From contig FLMG01002472.1 in the NCBI GenBank assembly GCA_900088475.1, forward strand, positions 18,979-82,978: 64,000 nucleotides of DNA, read 5' to 3'. The position numbers were made by a program, and so were the translations under genes. Of the stretch, positions 38,801 to 49,500 are shown in pieces. This DNA is from Hyphochytrium catenoides. Taxonomy: Eukaryota > Protista > Hyphochytriomycota. The notes under the pieces were generated by a model that saw only the letters and a list, made by a program, of their open reading frames with translations, did not search any database and was not told where the DNA came from. Numbering within the stretch: position 1 is the first letter of the stretch; the number at the start of each line of letters is the position of its first letter.

Positions 38801-41800
38801 AAAATACAACTGAACTGGTTGCCATTGTCTAATCTCTCTGCCTTGTACAGCTATGAATGCCATGATCAATGACAAGTTCGACAATCGGCCAGAGGACGAC
38901 GTGCAGCAAGAAGCGGCCCTTGAGGACCAACTTGACGAGGAGATCGACATTTCCGACCTAAAGCCTAATCCACTATGGCAGCCAAGACAGTGGCGACGGT
39001 CCGCTTACCTCCTTGCCATCGTAGCGACAATGTTTCCCCTCCTTATTGTCTGGGAGTTTTCGTATTCAAAGGCATTTGCAGACTATTTTCTGCAATTAAC
39101 CTTCATTTACCGGTTCCTATCGGCAAGGCTGGGTCTTATTCCAGAAAGGTACGGTCTGCTACTGGTTTGCTTTAGCGATTATTGGCAGCTTGCTTCTGTC
39201 GGCATCCTTGCCTACCTTTTTACGGCGAAAGAGCTTGCAGTGATAATCCCCACCTAAATGGCGGTATTGGCCACTTCTCTATTCTTTCTATGCAATGATC
39301 TCCTCTAATCTGCTTCGGAACTCTTTTAATCTTTTGCTGTAGATTCGTAGATGGCGAGAAACTCTTAGTGGACCCAATGAACATCATGATAGACTTTACT
39401 GGCTTCGTGGTTGGAATGGGTGCACCAGAGTTCACTTCTTTCCTATGGGGATCATTCATGGACACGGGCCTCAACCTTCTATTCAGAATATATGTGGAGT
39501 TTGCAATGGAAGAATTTATCAACCACATTCCGAAATGGAAAATGATGATTAAGAGGAAGTTAAGAGGGAGGAAGAGACTTACAAGAGAGGAAAGAGCTAA
39601 AGAGGTAAGAAGTAACCCTAAAAAGGGCATCCGGACCTGTTCTTCTAACTTCTCCCTGCAGGAAGCACAATGGCGGGAAATCAACGAAGAGTTGGAGCTG
39701 AAGGCTGAAGGAGTGGAACCACTACTAAATATGTTCAACGCCTACACTCCAGGCGTGGTCTGCTCGTACTTCAACCCTCTACTACTTCTCTTCTTCATCG
39801 CCTTCTACGATATTATCCAGATCCCTTCTCTGTATGGGCTTTCGAGGCTGTCTCTTCTCTACTACTTCCTTTCTCAGGTTATGCTCATCCCTGCATGCCG
39901 TTTCCTGGATATATTCGTGTTCAACATTGTGGAACTCGTGTACGGTCTCAAGGTGTATGATTACATATCGTATCAGAAGTATCGTTTCAGTGTCCGAGAG
40001 AAGAGATGGCAGCTGGACAACGATGTCTTTGATGAGAGTATTGAAGAACCGATGCAGTCTATGGACAACCTTTGCTTCTCCTCCCAGTACTACTTCATAT
40101 CCACCTTCTCGGGGTTATCGTGCTTGTTCATTCTCTTTGCAGTACAGATTTTCCATCACACCAATTATCATTTCCTAGCGGATCCAGCTCTTCCGTTGAT
40201 TGTTGTTATCGTGTGGGCAATGGCCTTTGTGATGAAGATCATCCTTCTCAAGGTAAGGAGTTGGGGAATTCTCCCTTTACCTGCCCTGCTTGTACCTCTC
40301 TTTGGGCTATCCAAAGATCGTCTGCGCGAGGTGGTCTTATCAGTTTATCTTGTCTGACCTGCTTGTCTGCTGGCTCTGCTACGTTTGTAGCTGGCCGACA
40401 AAGCAAAGCTCTGGAAAACCAAGAAGCTGGAAGGGACAGTGGATGACGACATTGCGGCCAAGCTCGCACTGGGAGAAGGCAGGAACGCTGATCTAGAGAG
40501 AGAGAGATTGGAGCTACAGGCCATGAACTCAGAAAGGTTTAGGCATCGCTTTCTTGAGAGGAATAGACCATGGATTCTTCAGCACATGGTAGGCATGTCT
40601 CGACCTCCTCGTTCTCCTGATGACCCTTTGTCTTCGCTGCGGTCGTCACTCTGTCGACTATCTCCTTTGGTCATAGAAACTGTAGGTAAACGTAAGCGCT
40701 TTGTTTATTCGGTGTTCTATATCAGGTCGAGCTGCTAACGCCGCGCACTCTCGGAATGCCGGGTCCTGATGGACGGCCCAACGTTGAGTACATTCGGGAC
40801 GTATACAACGACCTCATGAGGCTAGGAGAAACTGGAGCCTTAGGGGGAGGAAAAGGACCGGGGGGCGCAGGAGCAATCGCTGGGTGAGCGGATTGCACCA
40901 TCTCCAATCGTGTTCGTCGTATTGCTTGCGTTCTGCAGTGGATGAGGTCAACATATTGACCGCTTGTTTCTTCTTTCCGCATCTTATGAACGAAGCTCAA
41001 CACTACGGTGTATCCTCCCTCTGGCACATAATTGCCTTCGACTCACCTTCCCTCACTGCAGTTTACTAACACCTTAACGCCATTGATTTAGAGATATCTC
41101 GTCTGACAGTGAGGACGAACAGGAGCGGCAGAGGAGAAACTGGTCCAAGGTCCCTTTGTCAGGCACATCGCGCGTTATCGCCGTCATGTGGCTGAAGAGG
41201 GCAAGAAAGAGAAGGACCTTCTCCTCTCTGATTGCTGGTAGGAAATTACCCCATATCGAGCTTGCAAACCTTGCCACGGTCACTTTTGAAGTCCTTGCTC
41301 CCATCTGCTCTGTCAACTCTGGCCCGCTCGCTCATATTTCTTGTGCTTAGTCGGTTCGTCTGTTCGTTGACCCATTCTCCCCCAAACTATAGGTCTGCTT
41401 TGCCAACTCTGGCCCGCTGGCTCATATTGCTTGTGCTTAGTCGTTCCTCTGTTCGTTGACCCATTGTCCCCCAAACTATAGGGTTTATAAAGCAGAACGT
41501 GGGCGATGAATGTGCCCTCTGCCATAAACGGACAGAGCATGGTGCATCAATGGTTTGCCATCTGGCTTCCGAAGACGGTGCAGAGGCGGATCCTCACGCT
41601 TTGGATAGAATTATTCGAGGATTTGAAGAGAAGCATGGACCAGAAGAAACAAATCCGGAGCTGTGGAAGGCATTCTTCCGGTATGCCCGAGTGTGCTCTA
41701 TTAGTAAAAGCGCTATTGGAGGCACTTATTAGGGTCGCATGAGCTTTGTGAAGAGATGAGAGTAAATGAGTTGTGGAAGGAGGATGCCCTTTAGTCTACG

Positions 41801-43602
41801 GTGCTCTAGGTTGGCACCAATTATCATAGCAAAGATTGGGCAGCGGTGGGCACAGAATGACTGCTTCAAAGTTAGGACTGCGTACTAGAAGTCCGCTGAG
41901 GTTGATCGAATAGGTAGCGCTAACTCTCCTCCAATTCTTGGTCTCTGCGATCACTCAATGCAGCACAAACGCGAGATACATCACGCGATGCACAGCGTGC
42001 ATATCCTCTCTTGAGAGAAAACACCTTGAGGCCCTGGCACAGGCCAGAGCGACGCGTCCGGAGGACATCTCCTCTGACGAGGAGGAGGAAGAGGTCGTGT
42101 TCGACCCTGTTGTTGTCGCTCGATCATCTGCAGAGGGGAGGGTGATGTCCAAATGGCTAGGGGCCGCTAGAAAGAGACTAGGCGGTGCCTTTCCTCGGCC
42201 TACTGCGCAAAAGGAGATGGAGGCCTATGCCAAGAGGATGAGGGAGAAGAAGGCCGCAAGAGGAAGAAAGCGAGCAGTACGTCAACCTTATACTATTCCT
42301 ATCGTTTTATCGTGACACTTTATATGAGCCCTCTGGTTAGCTTTCCCCTAGAATTTTTATTGTTGGGCAATATTGTGAGCGACGTGTTCTCTTTCTCCAT
42401 TCTCTAATCACTATTATTTTCTCTTCTTATTCCTGTAGCTGGCGGAAGAGAGAGATGAGCATCCAGAGTGGCAAGTGGAGCTTTCTTTTGCTTCCAAGGC
42501 CATTGCAGTCAAGTGGCTAAGAAAGGGAAGAGAGAGTCGTTTTACTGCCCTGAGAGAGAAAGGCAACAATTTGCGTCTCCAACTCGATGACTTGGTAAAG
42601 AAGATGCCTCCAGGCGAAGACTGGTTCTTTGGGGCAGAGGTCAGGTTGGAAGGAGAAGGCTTGCTGAAGAAGGGAGAAGAACTAAGGGAAGAGCAGGTGA
42701 GAAGTAGAGATAACTCAATGGAGATTGAATGTTGTCTGTCTATCTACCTTGGGAACTGACTACATCCTCTTATGCTTGGTAGCGCAACATTGAAGCTGAG
42801 GAGCGCGTGAAGATCAAAAAGGTGGAGGAAGACCTGAAGAAGCACCTTCTGGAAAAGAGAGAGGTAGTCCAGCCTTCTCTCCTCATTGTATCTCTATGAC
42901 TATAGTGTTTCATCTTTCTTGACGCCAAATGAATCCAGACTTACCATTTGTCACCGTCTTATGCCTTTCCCTAGGCCCTCGATGTCGAACAAGTCGGATT
43001 CGATCAGAAGCTCGCTGCAGAATGGCAGAGCATGATGGAGAGAGTAGAGGCACGAGAAAGAGAGCTTCTGGATTTCAGAAGAGCCAAAGAATCTGAGTTT
43101 GCGGAACTAGAGAGGATTGCAAAAGAAAAGGACGGCGCTCCATCTTCGAAAATGATAGCAGAGCACCATAAAGCCCTCCAGGATCTGGACAAACAGCGAG
43201 AGGAAGAGAAGGCTCGCCTTATCGCTAGCCAGGAGCAGAGCCACGCGGAATTAAGAACCGAGTTTGACAATAACTTGAACGCCGCAGAGACTGCTCTTAT
43301 TAACCGTCAGGTCATGGCGGCTGAGAGGATTGAAAACATCCATAAGGATGCGCTCAACAAGATGCAAAGCAAGGAACAAGAGTGGCAGCAACAGGTAAGG
43401 TGACTGCATTCGATAGTGTGATCGTTCAGAATACCACCACTTGATTGTCCTACGTTCGCTCATGAGTCTGACTACTTTATCCACACATTCTGTGCCCCTT
43501 CAGACCTCTGCCTGGATAGATAAGGCCGCCCGAAAGGTCTCGGTAAAGGAGAGGGAAGATGCAGAAGCTGCTCTCAATGAGAAGAAGAAGAGACGTGCAT
43601 AA
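5827..43602 (+). CDS. Giant (11,459 aa predicted) multipass cell-surface protein: signal peptide, LamG-like, about 60 IPT/TIG, EVQ-repeat inserts, Cys-rich repeats, about 9-11 TM, cytoplasmic coiled coil
   Basis: 30 exons joined in frame by GT-AG introns: 5827-5978, 6054-8164, 8246-12424, 12486-12737, 12792-15518, 15605-17443, 17521-17991, 18045-21368, 21441-21775, 21834-36730, 36795-36984, 37115-37235, 37316-37420, 37483-37553, 37626-37696, 37805-37982, 38140-38319, 38471-38624, 38851-39148, 39343-39604, 39662-40252, 40391-40588, 40726-40883, 41092-41237, 41482-41680, 41964-42276, 42439-42696, 42783-42863, 42975-43394, 43504-43602. Sum 34,380 nt; every junction is phase-matched and IPT motifs continue across junctions. 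Ends ...EKKKRRA-TAA. Confidence 0.88.
6100..7350 (+). other. LamG/concanavalin-A-like (pentraxin-type) domain region of the giant protein
   Basis: ITLQGWVRP ... GVWSHLAVV ... VQILVNG ... LQLGG ... YVGEVDEFQLW ... GLLGYWSFDEGEGS at about 6700-7350 follows the LamG-3 pattern. A more degenerate copy (WTSFALSID...LSVG...FQGFGRDF) precedes it. Confidence 0.75.
23625..27170 (+). repeat. EVQ-repeat insert 1 (10 units, about 1180 aa) inside one IPT domain
   Basis: Unit consensus E(V/I)Q-x-(V/I) ... G-x-F-x-L-x-(F/Y)-x-G ... (Y/F)DAS ... V-x-x-AL ... V-x-V ... W-x-VTF ... LP-x-L ... V-x-G. Flanked by the two halves of an IPT domain (VLCLTPPG / TLRVSTNGVDYS). Confidence 0.8.
28023..29680 (+). repeat. 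EVQ-repeat insert 2 (5 units, about 550 aa) inside one IPT domain
   Basis: Same consensus; flanked by VICSSPSH and VAVGVSANKKDIVFSSVNFEY. Confidence 0.78.
30546..30900 (+). repeat. EVQ-repeat insert 3 (single unit) inside one IPT domain
   Basis: LSCETPSQ-[DEVQVLDI...GTFALSGG...YLITFTGGLGAIPLL...LVSG]-VPLHISFNGQDF. Confidence 0.78.
32283..34635 (+). repeat. Cys-rich CPxG(T/S/F/Y)(Y/F)C repeats (GCC2_GCC3 / ephrin-receptor-like type)
   Basis: More than 20 motifs such as CPTGSYC, CPRGAYC, CPAGTYQ, CPIGYIC, CPEGHFC, CPKGFYC, CQEGFVC. Confidence 0.85.
37930..40252 (+). other. Multipass transmembrane region (about 9-11 helices) of the giant protein
   Basis: Spliced hydrophobic segments include VYIAMFFLVGMSTMVEAILIWLI, FGVAIASLPFILFMIIFWVWWVVF, FGVSLFALGVFGVF, AYLLAIVATMFPLLIVW, YFNPLLLLFFIAFY, LLYYFLSQVMLIPAC, YYFISTFSGLSCLFILFAVQIF and PALPLIVVIVWAMAFVMKIILL. 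Confidence 0.8.
41304..41482 (+). repeat. Tandem duplication (90 + 89 bp) of an intron 3' end including the acceptor
   Basis: 41304-41393 and 41394-41482 both read TCTGCT.TG.CAACTCTGGCCCGCT.GCTCATATT.CTTGTGCTTAGTCG...TCTGTTCGTTGACCCATT.TCCCCCAAACTATAGG. Confidence 0.95.
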
Positions 43603-44524
43603 GCTCTTTTCTACAATTTGCAGAATTATGATTATGATTGGCGGTGGCTGAGAAAAGCTAGGCCAATACCTCAATTATTTAATGGTGGTAACTGAGTTCT
43701 CTCAGATCCGCTAGGAAGAGAGGAAGCATCAGCTTTCTCTCGCCCTCATGTTACATGTGAAAGCAGAGTCTGGTCTCTCATTGGTGTCATATGTTCATTG
43801 TAGGTTGACATTTAACTTATTAATTTTATATAAGATCTAGTGGATGGTCCGGACCGCCGGGAGCCTTTCGTCTTCTATTGATATCGAAAGAAAACCAAGT
43901 CCATAATATCTTCTAGCTCTGCCAAGGTCGATGGGCAGAAACAGATGACAGTCAAGAAGGCACTCTTTGCTATAGGAAATGGACCAAGTACGCTTGTATA
44001 GAGGATAGAGTAACGTCCGGAGTTGAGCATGATTATCAGACCGTGTGCTGAGGGTAGTCGTGTGGTGACGCCGAGAAAGCTTAAGAGCTGCCCAAATTGC
44101 GTGATCATTGAACGCAATGGAAATGTAGCCGTGACATTGTGGCTGGAGGAGTAAAACAAGTACCGACCATGGTTTCAACGTTGCTATTCATTGACCTAGA
44201 TGTTTGCATTACGGCCACCTACCAGAGTGATAAGGACCTCTTTAACTAGGGATGCACACTTATTTCCTGAGGGCCATTTAAAAAGAGTATGGCGTAATCT
44301 ACGGAAGGGGAAGTCAAGCTACCCGCAGCGGGACCTGCTTTAGTCATCGTCCAACGACCGGATGCTTCATGGCTCGGTAGCAGCGAATGGGAAGTTGGAA
44401 CGGTATGTTCGGTATGCTAGTTCTTCTCCGCCCACCAAGACCTCTCCTGTTCGCTCAACCATGTCTCCGTGTAACGTGCTCAGTCCGCCAGTGGTGCTTG
44501 ACCATTAGCACCTAGACTTCGTCT

Positions 44525-47500
44525 TTAGCCTGGCAAATGAACAGGAAATATGGCGGGTGTGGAGGTGGACATTGGACGTCTTCGAGCTGGCCGTGCAGGA
44601 GGCGAATTACTAGGTTCTCGAGGAGGATCCAATGTCTCTTCTAACAGCTCCTCTGCCATGAAGAGCCATCGGAAGGTTACTAATCCTACCGGGCTAATTG
44701 AAGGTCTCAGATGCATTGCATGGTGAGATAGGAAATGGGTTGTTGCACAAAGAGACCCTAGTGAAAGAGGTACAGCGATCCACGTTTAGACTCAGCGCAT
44801 TCGAGGTCATGTCTTTCCGGAGCCTCACTCCGCTGTCCTGGGTCTGTTGCTTAAAAGTACTTGTACGGCAACTCAATAACGTCCAAAACTTTTGAGTCTC
44901 TGCTCAATACCTCCATGCGGCGCTGAGGGGCCGGAGTTGGTAGGAGAACGCGGTATGGCGAGGAAGAATAAGCCAAAAGTTCATCATCTGCATGTATGGG
45001 AGGCACAAAGAGAGAGGCCGAGAAAGAGAGGGACGAGAGAGAGAGAGAGAGAAAGAGAGAGATAGAGAAAGGCGGAGAGAAGAAGTTCACGCCGGGGATG
45101 GGGAGCCATGATGAGCGTTTGAAGCTTAACTTGCGGGTCTCGGGTGCCCAAGAGAGAGATGATGACAGGCAAATAAGGGCTCAGACAGGGACGAGAATTT
45201 CTCAGGTAACCCAGAAAAATAGGGACAGAGCCAAGGTAGTCGGCACATATGTCAGAGAGGCAGACACAAAGAGAGAACGCGACAAATAAAAGAAAAAGAA
45301 GGTAAGAAGGTACGAAGTAGATCCAGCAAGCTTGACGGTTTGACGGTAGCGTCGCAGTAGACACTTACAGACAGATCGCAGAGAGAAGCTTGAGGGCATA
45401 GTCCATCCCGTTTCTTCATCGTGAAGAGGCGTGGAAGAATGTAGGGTGGCCTTTCGTTTGGCCAGACAGACGTCGCAGAGAAGCGCTTCACTATCTGGAT
45501 CCCCCTCGTACCCTCTTCCATGTCCTGTGCTTCTGACGTTAGGAAGGAGCTCACAATAGCAAGCGCAGGCTTCGTAGGGCCGAGCGGTTATGACAGAGCC
45601 CAGAGGGGGAGAAGAGACAGCTTTGTACGGCCTGACAGCAAGAAAGGAAGACGGTTCGTGCGGTTTAGCCTCTTCCCATGCGACAGAGGGAGCTAACTCT
45701 CTTCCTTCGTAGGTCAGGGCGGGACTTCTTCGTTCAGGTTCTCTTGTCGGTGGCTTCTCCCGAGGAGTATCTTTTTCCTTCCGCGTATATTTCTCCGCCT
45801 TTTGGCTGATTGAAGGCAGAGGAACAGACGATTTATCGCTGTCGTCCTCCGTATTCTCCCCTCGTCTAGATTCATTGTCTTTGTCTTGAGGTGCTTCCGG
45901 TAGGATTTGGAGGCTTGGTCCGTCTTTCTAAGGTTTGGGGATGGGGAATGTCAGCCACTGATCTGATACCTTAACGCTTCCTTACTGAGAATCCTTCTCC
46001 CTCGTGTCTCCCTCAACGATAACCATGCCAATGATTCTCTTCTGGACCGGCACGTTTCAACCTTGCATTCCCATCCCTTGCTCGACTTCTACTTTAGCCC
46101 TCTACCTCCTCTTCTCTCTTCCGTCCAGGCCCTGACAATGTACGTTGTCACGAGCTGCCCTACAGCTAATCTCCAGTCTGGCGTCATTCTCTCTCTTTTT
46201 TCGCATCTTTCTTTATGCTCTCTTCCAGCCTTGTAACTCTGCCTATGTTTGACAGGCATACCTCCCACTGTTCGTCCCCGTCATCGTATCGGACGAAAAC
46301 TCCTCCTCTTCCGTCCTCCTTCTGCACAGTTCCGAAAAACCAGCTGCGCTCGGTTTCCCAGTATACCCTCACCCTTCTTCCCACCTTTGGTCCTGACGAC
46401 GAGGCTGTCAAACTGAGTTAGATTGGCAAGGGATAGAGGGTCAGAGCTAAAGGTGCAGGGACAGATAGAGGCCGAAGAGACATTGATAAGAAGGGACCAT
46501 GACAAGAACATTGAAACGATAGCCGAGACTCACGAGGAAAGGGAGAAAGAGAACCATGCAAAGAGAGATAAAGCAACACAAGAGGACGGTAAGGCCCCGT
46601 AGAGACGAACCGCGTGCCACTTTGTGCTAAGAAGAGATCTTACCCTGCGGCCGCCGCGGAAGAGGAGAAATGGTCAGAGGAAAAGAGTTTGGAGCAGCTG
46701 TGGCTTCTAGGACTTTAAGCCTGCTCTTGCTACTACTGCTAGGGAGCTTAAAGAAATATTGTGAGGACCTTTGTGGTTGTCGACATGGAGCCAAAGGAGA
46801 AAGAAAACGCGAGGTAGGGAGAGGAGCGACAAGAGTCCTCAAGAAAAAAGGGGAGATAAGGTAGTAAGGCTTACGGTGGACATGTTAGAGCTTTGAAGCA
46901 TGAGAGAGGCAGTAGATGGAGATGCAGGGAAAGGTAGAAGAGCAACGATCAGGAGCAGTTTAGAAAAGACGGTAGCGTCGACTCCTACCTGTTCCCACCT
47001 CACATCTCCGTCATCGTATGCCACTTCCAGGCCCACCGCACGGTCCCATCGCCTGGCGGTGCCTATAGACCCAAGGGAAAGAGGCCGAGAAGGGGGATAG
47101 ATAGATAGATAGAGAAAGAGAGAAGAAGAAGAAAGAGAGAGAGAAAAGAGAGAGAGTTAGAAAGGAGAGAGAGTTAGAAAAGAGAGAGGAAAGAACCAGA
47201 GAGAAGAAACAAAGAAAGGTACTGAGATAACGTGTTCCTCTCACCACTGAACCATTCTGCCTCATCTTCCCAGTAGACCTGCACTCGCCGATTTATCCAT
47301 TCCTCGCCATGAACTAGCGCCGTCTCTCCATCTTCAAAGTCATCTTCATAGGCTCCTGACGCGGAATGTTTCCTAGCGGAATGATGAAGGCGAGAGAAGG
47401 GAGGTAAAGGAAGGTGAACATGTGATGATGGCAAGGCCGACGGAAGAGACCAACTCTGTCTGTGCATGGTGGAGAGAGGAAACGAATATGATAAACCCAC

Positions 47501-48005
47501 GCCCGGGGAGGGAGAGAGAGAAGGGGCCGGGGGGGAGGAAGGGAGAGGGAGAGGCAGAGAAAGAGACCCAGACAGAGAGACAGAGAGAGAGACACAAAGA
47601 GAGAGAGAGCGGTTTCGAGAAGAGGGGAGGAGAAAGAAGTCACTCGAAGAGACGAGAGGGGGAATAGAAGGGCACAAGACAGAAACACCCAGGAGAGAGA
47701 GAGCCACAAACAGAAGATAACAAAGTGACACAGAGACAATTAGGGAGAGGGAAAGTGAGAGAGATAGAACAGAATGACAAAGAGACCCAGGAAGAAGGCG
47801 GACACCTCCTATGTGCGGGACTGGGCCCAGCCGAGCGTGGTCGTCTAGGAGAATCAGGAGGCTCTGTCCCTGTCTCAAAGTCTTCCTCATAGTCCTCTTC
47901 CTCTTCTTCTTCCCGTGGCTGCTTCGTGGCGACAGAGGCGGAAGAAGAGGAAGAAAGAGATGGAGAGGAGGAACGCGAGATATTGGAACTTGCAGGCGAG
48001 GCCAT
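44525..48005 (-). CDS. Multi-exon protein with two Tudor-like domains and low-complexity regions; 3' end uncertain
   Basis: Exons 48005-47806, 47372-47245 and 47062-46989 splice to WINRRVQVYWEDEAEWFSGTARRWDRAVGLEVAYDDGDVRWEQ. A second copy KVGRRVRVYWETERSWFFGTVQKEDGRGGVFVRYDDGDEQWE (to 46262) continues KDGPSLQIL in a long exon (about 45927-45369). Matches the RV-x-VYW...W-x-x-G...YDDGD Tudor pattern. Confidence 0.7.
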
Positions 48006-49500
48006 GACCAATTGTTCCTTACGATTCCGTGCACTAATATTAGGACATCAGGACGGGAGAGCTAGACGAGGAAGAGACGAGAGGGAGCAAACTGGTCCGA
48101 GATAGAGGAATCAGATTAAGGGTCAAACAGACATAGAGATAGCGAGACACGTAAACAGATAGAGAGGGAGAGTGAGAGAGAGGGAAAGAGAGAGCAAGAG
48201 AGGGAGAGGGAGAGAGAGAGACCGGGATGAGAGAGAGGGTCCTAGATGGCGGCAGATCAGGCGAAGAGTGGACCTGAAGGCATAGGGAGACCCAACCCTT
48301 TACACAGCTAAAGGTAGAGAGGAAAGAAAGTGAAAGAGCTAGGCATTTGGACCTTTGAGACGAAGGCGAAGGAGCAGGAGCTCAGCTAGAGAAAGAGAAC
48401 TTGTACGAAGGGCTACTTAGAAAAGAGGGAGGAGACAGAGGGCCTGCCCGCAACGAATGTAAAGGGTAGCACAGCGAGCCAGGAGACGGAAGTGAAGAGA
48501 TGCACCAGAGGAAGACAGACAAAGACAACTCTATAAGGCTCTCTAAGACCTTAGGTGTAGAGGGAGAGAGTTAGGGAGAGTGAGAGAAAGAGAGTGAGAG
48601 AGAGAGAGAAAGGGGGAGAGAGAGAGAGAGAAAGGAGGAGAGAGAGAGAGAGAAAGGAGGAGAGAGAGAGCGAGAGAGGAAAAGGCCCAGAACGATGGAA
48701 ACGACATGAAGTGGACCAATAACGGCTGCGAACAGACTGCGGTTAGCGGCTCTATTGGTAGCTGAGCCTCATCAATTTCTCGCTTCAGTATGACAGGCTA
48801 GGGCTGTTGATGATGATCTCTTGCCGCTCTCTCCTCTCCTTTGTTTATACTTCAGAAGCGTGATCGTTGGCTACTTCTCTACATTTATTCATTGTCTCTC
48901 TTCTCTTCCTGTCAACCTCATGCATCTCCAGCTACGGCTAGCTATATTCCTTTTCTCTGACACTTCTGTGTGTCTCATCACTCTCTCTACGTCCTCCTCC
49001 TCCTTCATGCCCTTCTTTGTGCCCCTCCCTTCTTTCTTCTTTCATCCATCATCATCACCTTTAACAGCCACGCGGAACACCTGATAACGTCTACTTGTGA
49101 GCACAAATTCCTTCTTAGTTATAATCTGAGGTTTCCAACTTTCCCCTAGTGAATAACACTATGAGCACCATTTCCTCCACAGCAGACGGTCTAGTCTAGA
49201 AGGCGGAACTTATCAAGAGGAAATAGCCCTTTGGCAGGTATAATATCGTATAATGACGAACATCAAACTTTTGATCCGTCCCGAGGGCAGAAGAAAGGTG
49301 CAAGCTGACTAGAGAGAGAGATAGAAAAAAGAAGGGGCGAGAGAGAGAGAGAAGAGAGAGAAAGAAAGAAAGAGGAGACGCAGCAGGTAGGATTTTCTTG
49401 CAAATGATTCTTTATACTCTAGACCATACCCCAAACTATCAGTCTTCCAACTTGTTGTCTTCGTTGGGTCTGTTCGTGTCTCGCTCACTCTCCATCACCC

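Noticed and set aside
5800-43403. Treating the long + strand ORFs as an operon-like cluster of separate IPT genes
   Set aside because: Each ORF ends just after a GT donor and the next resumes after an AG in the matching phase, often mid-domain. Only the first has a signal peptide.
37930-43602. Naming the giant protein polycystin-1, fibrocystin or CRMP
   Set aside because: The resemblance is architectural only. Diagnostic GPS/PLAT/REJ or G8/PbH1 motifs were not seen and no alignment could be run.
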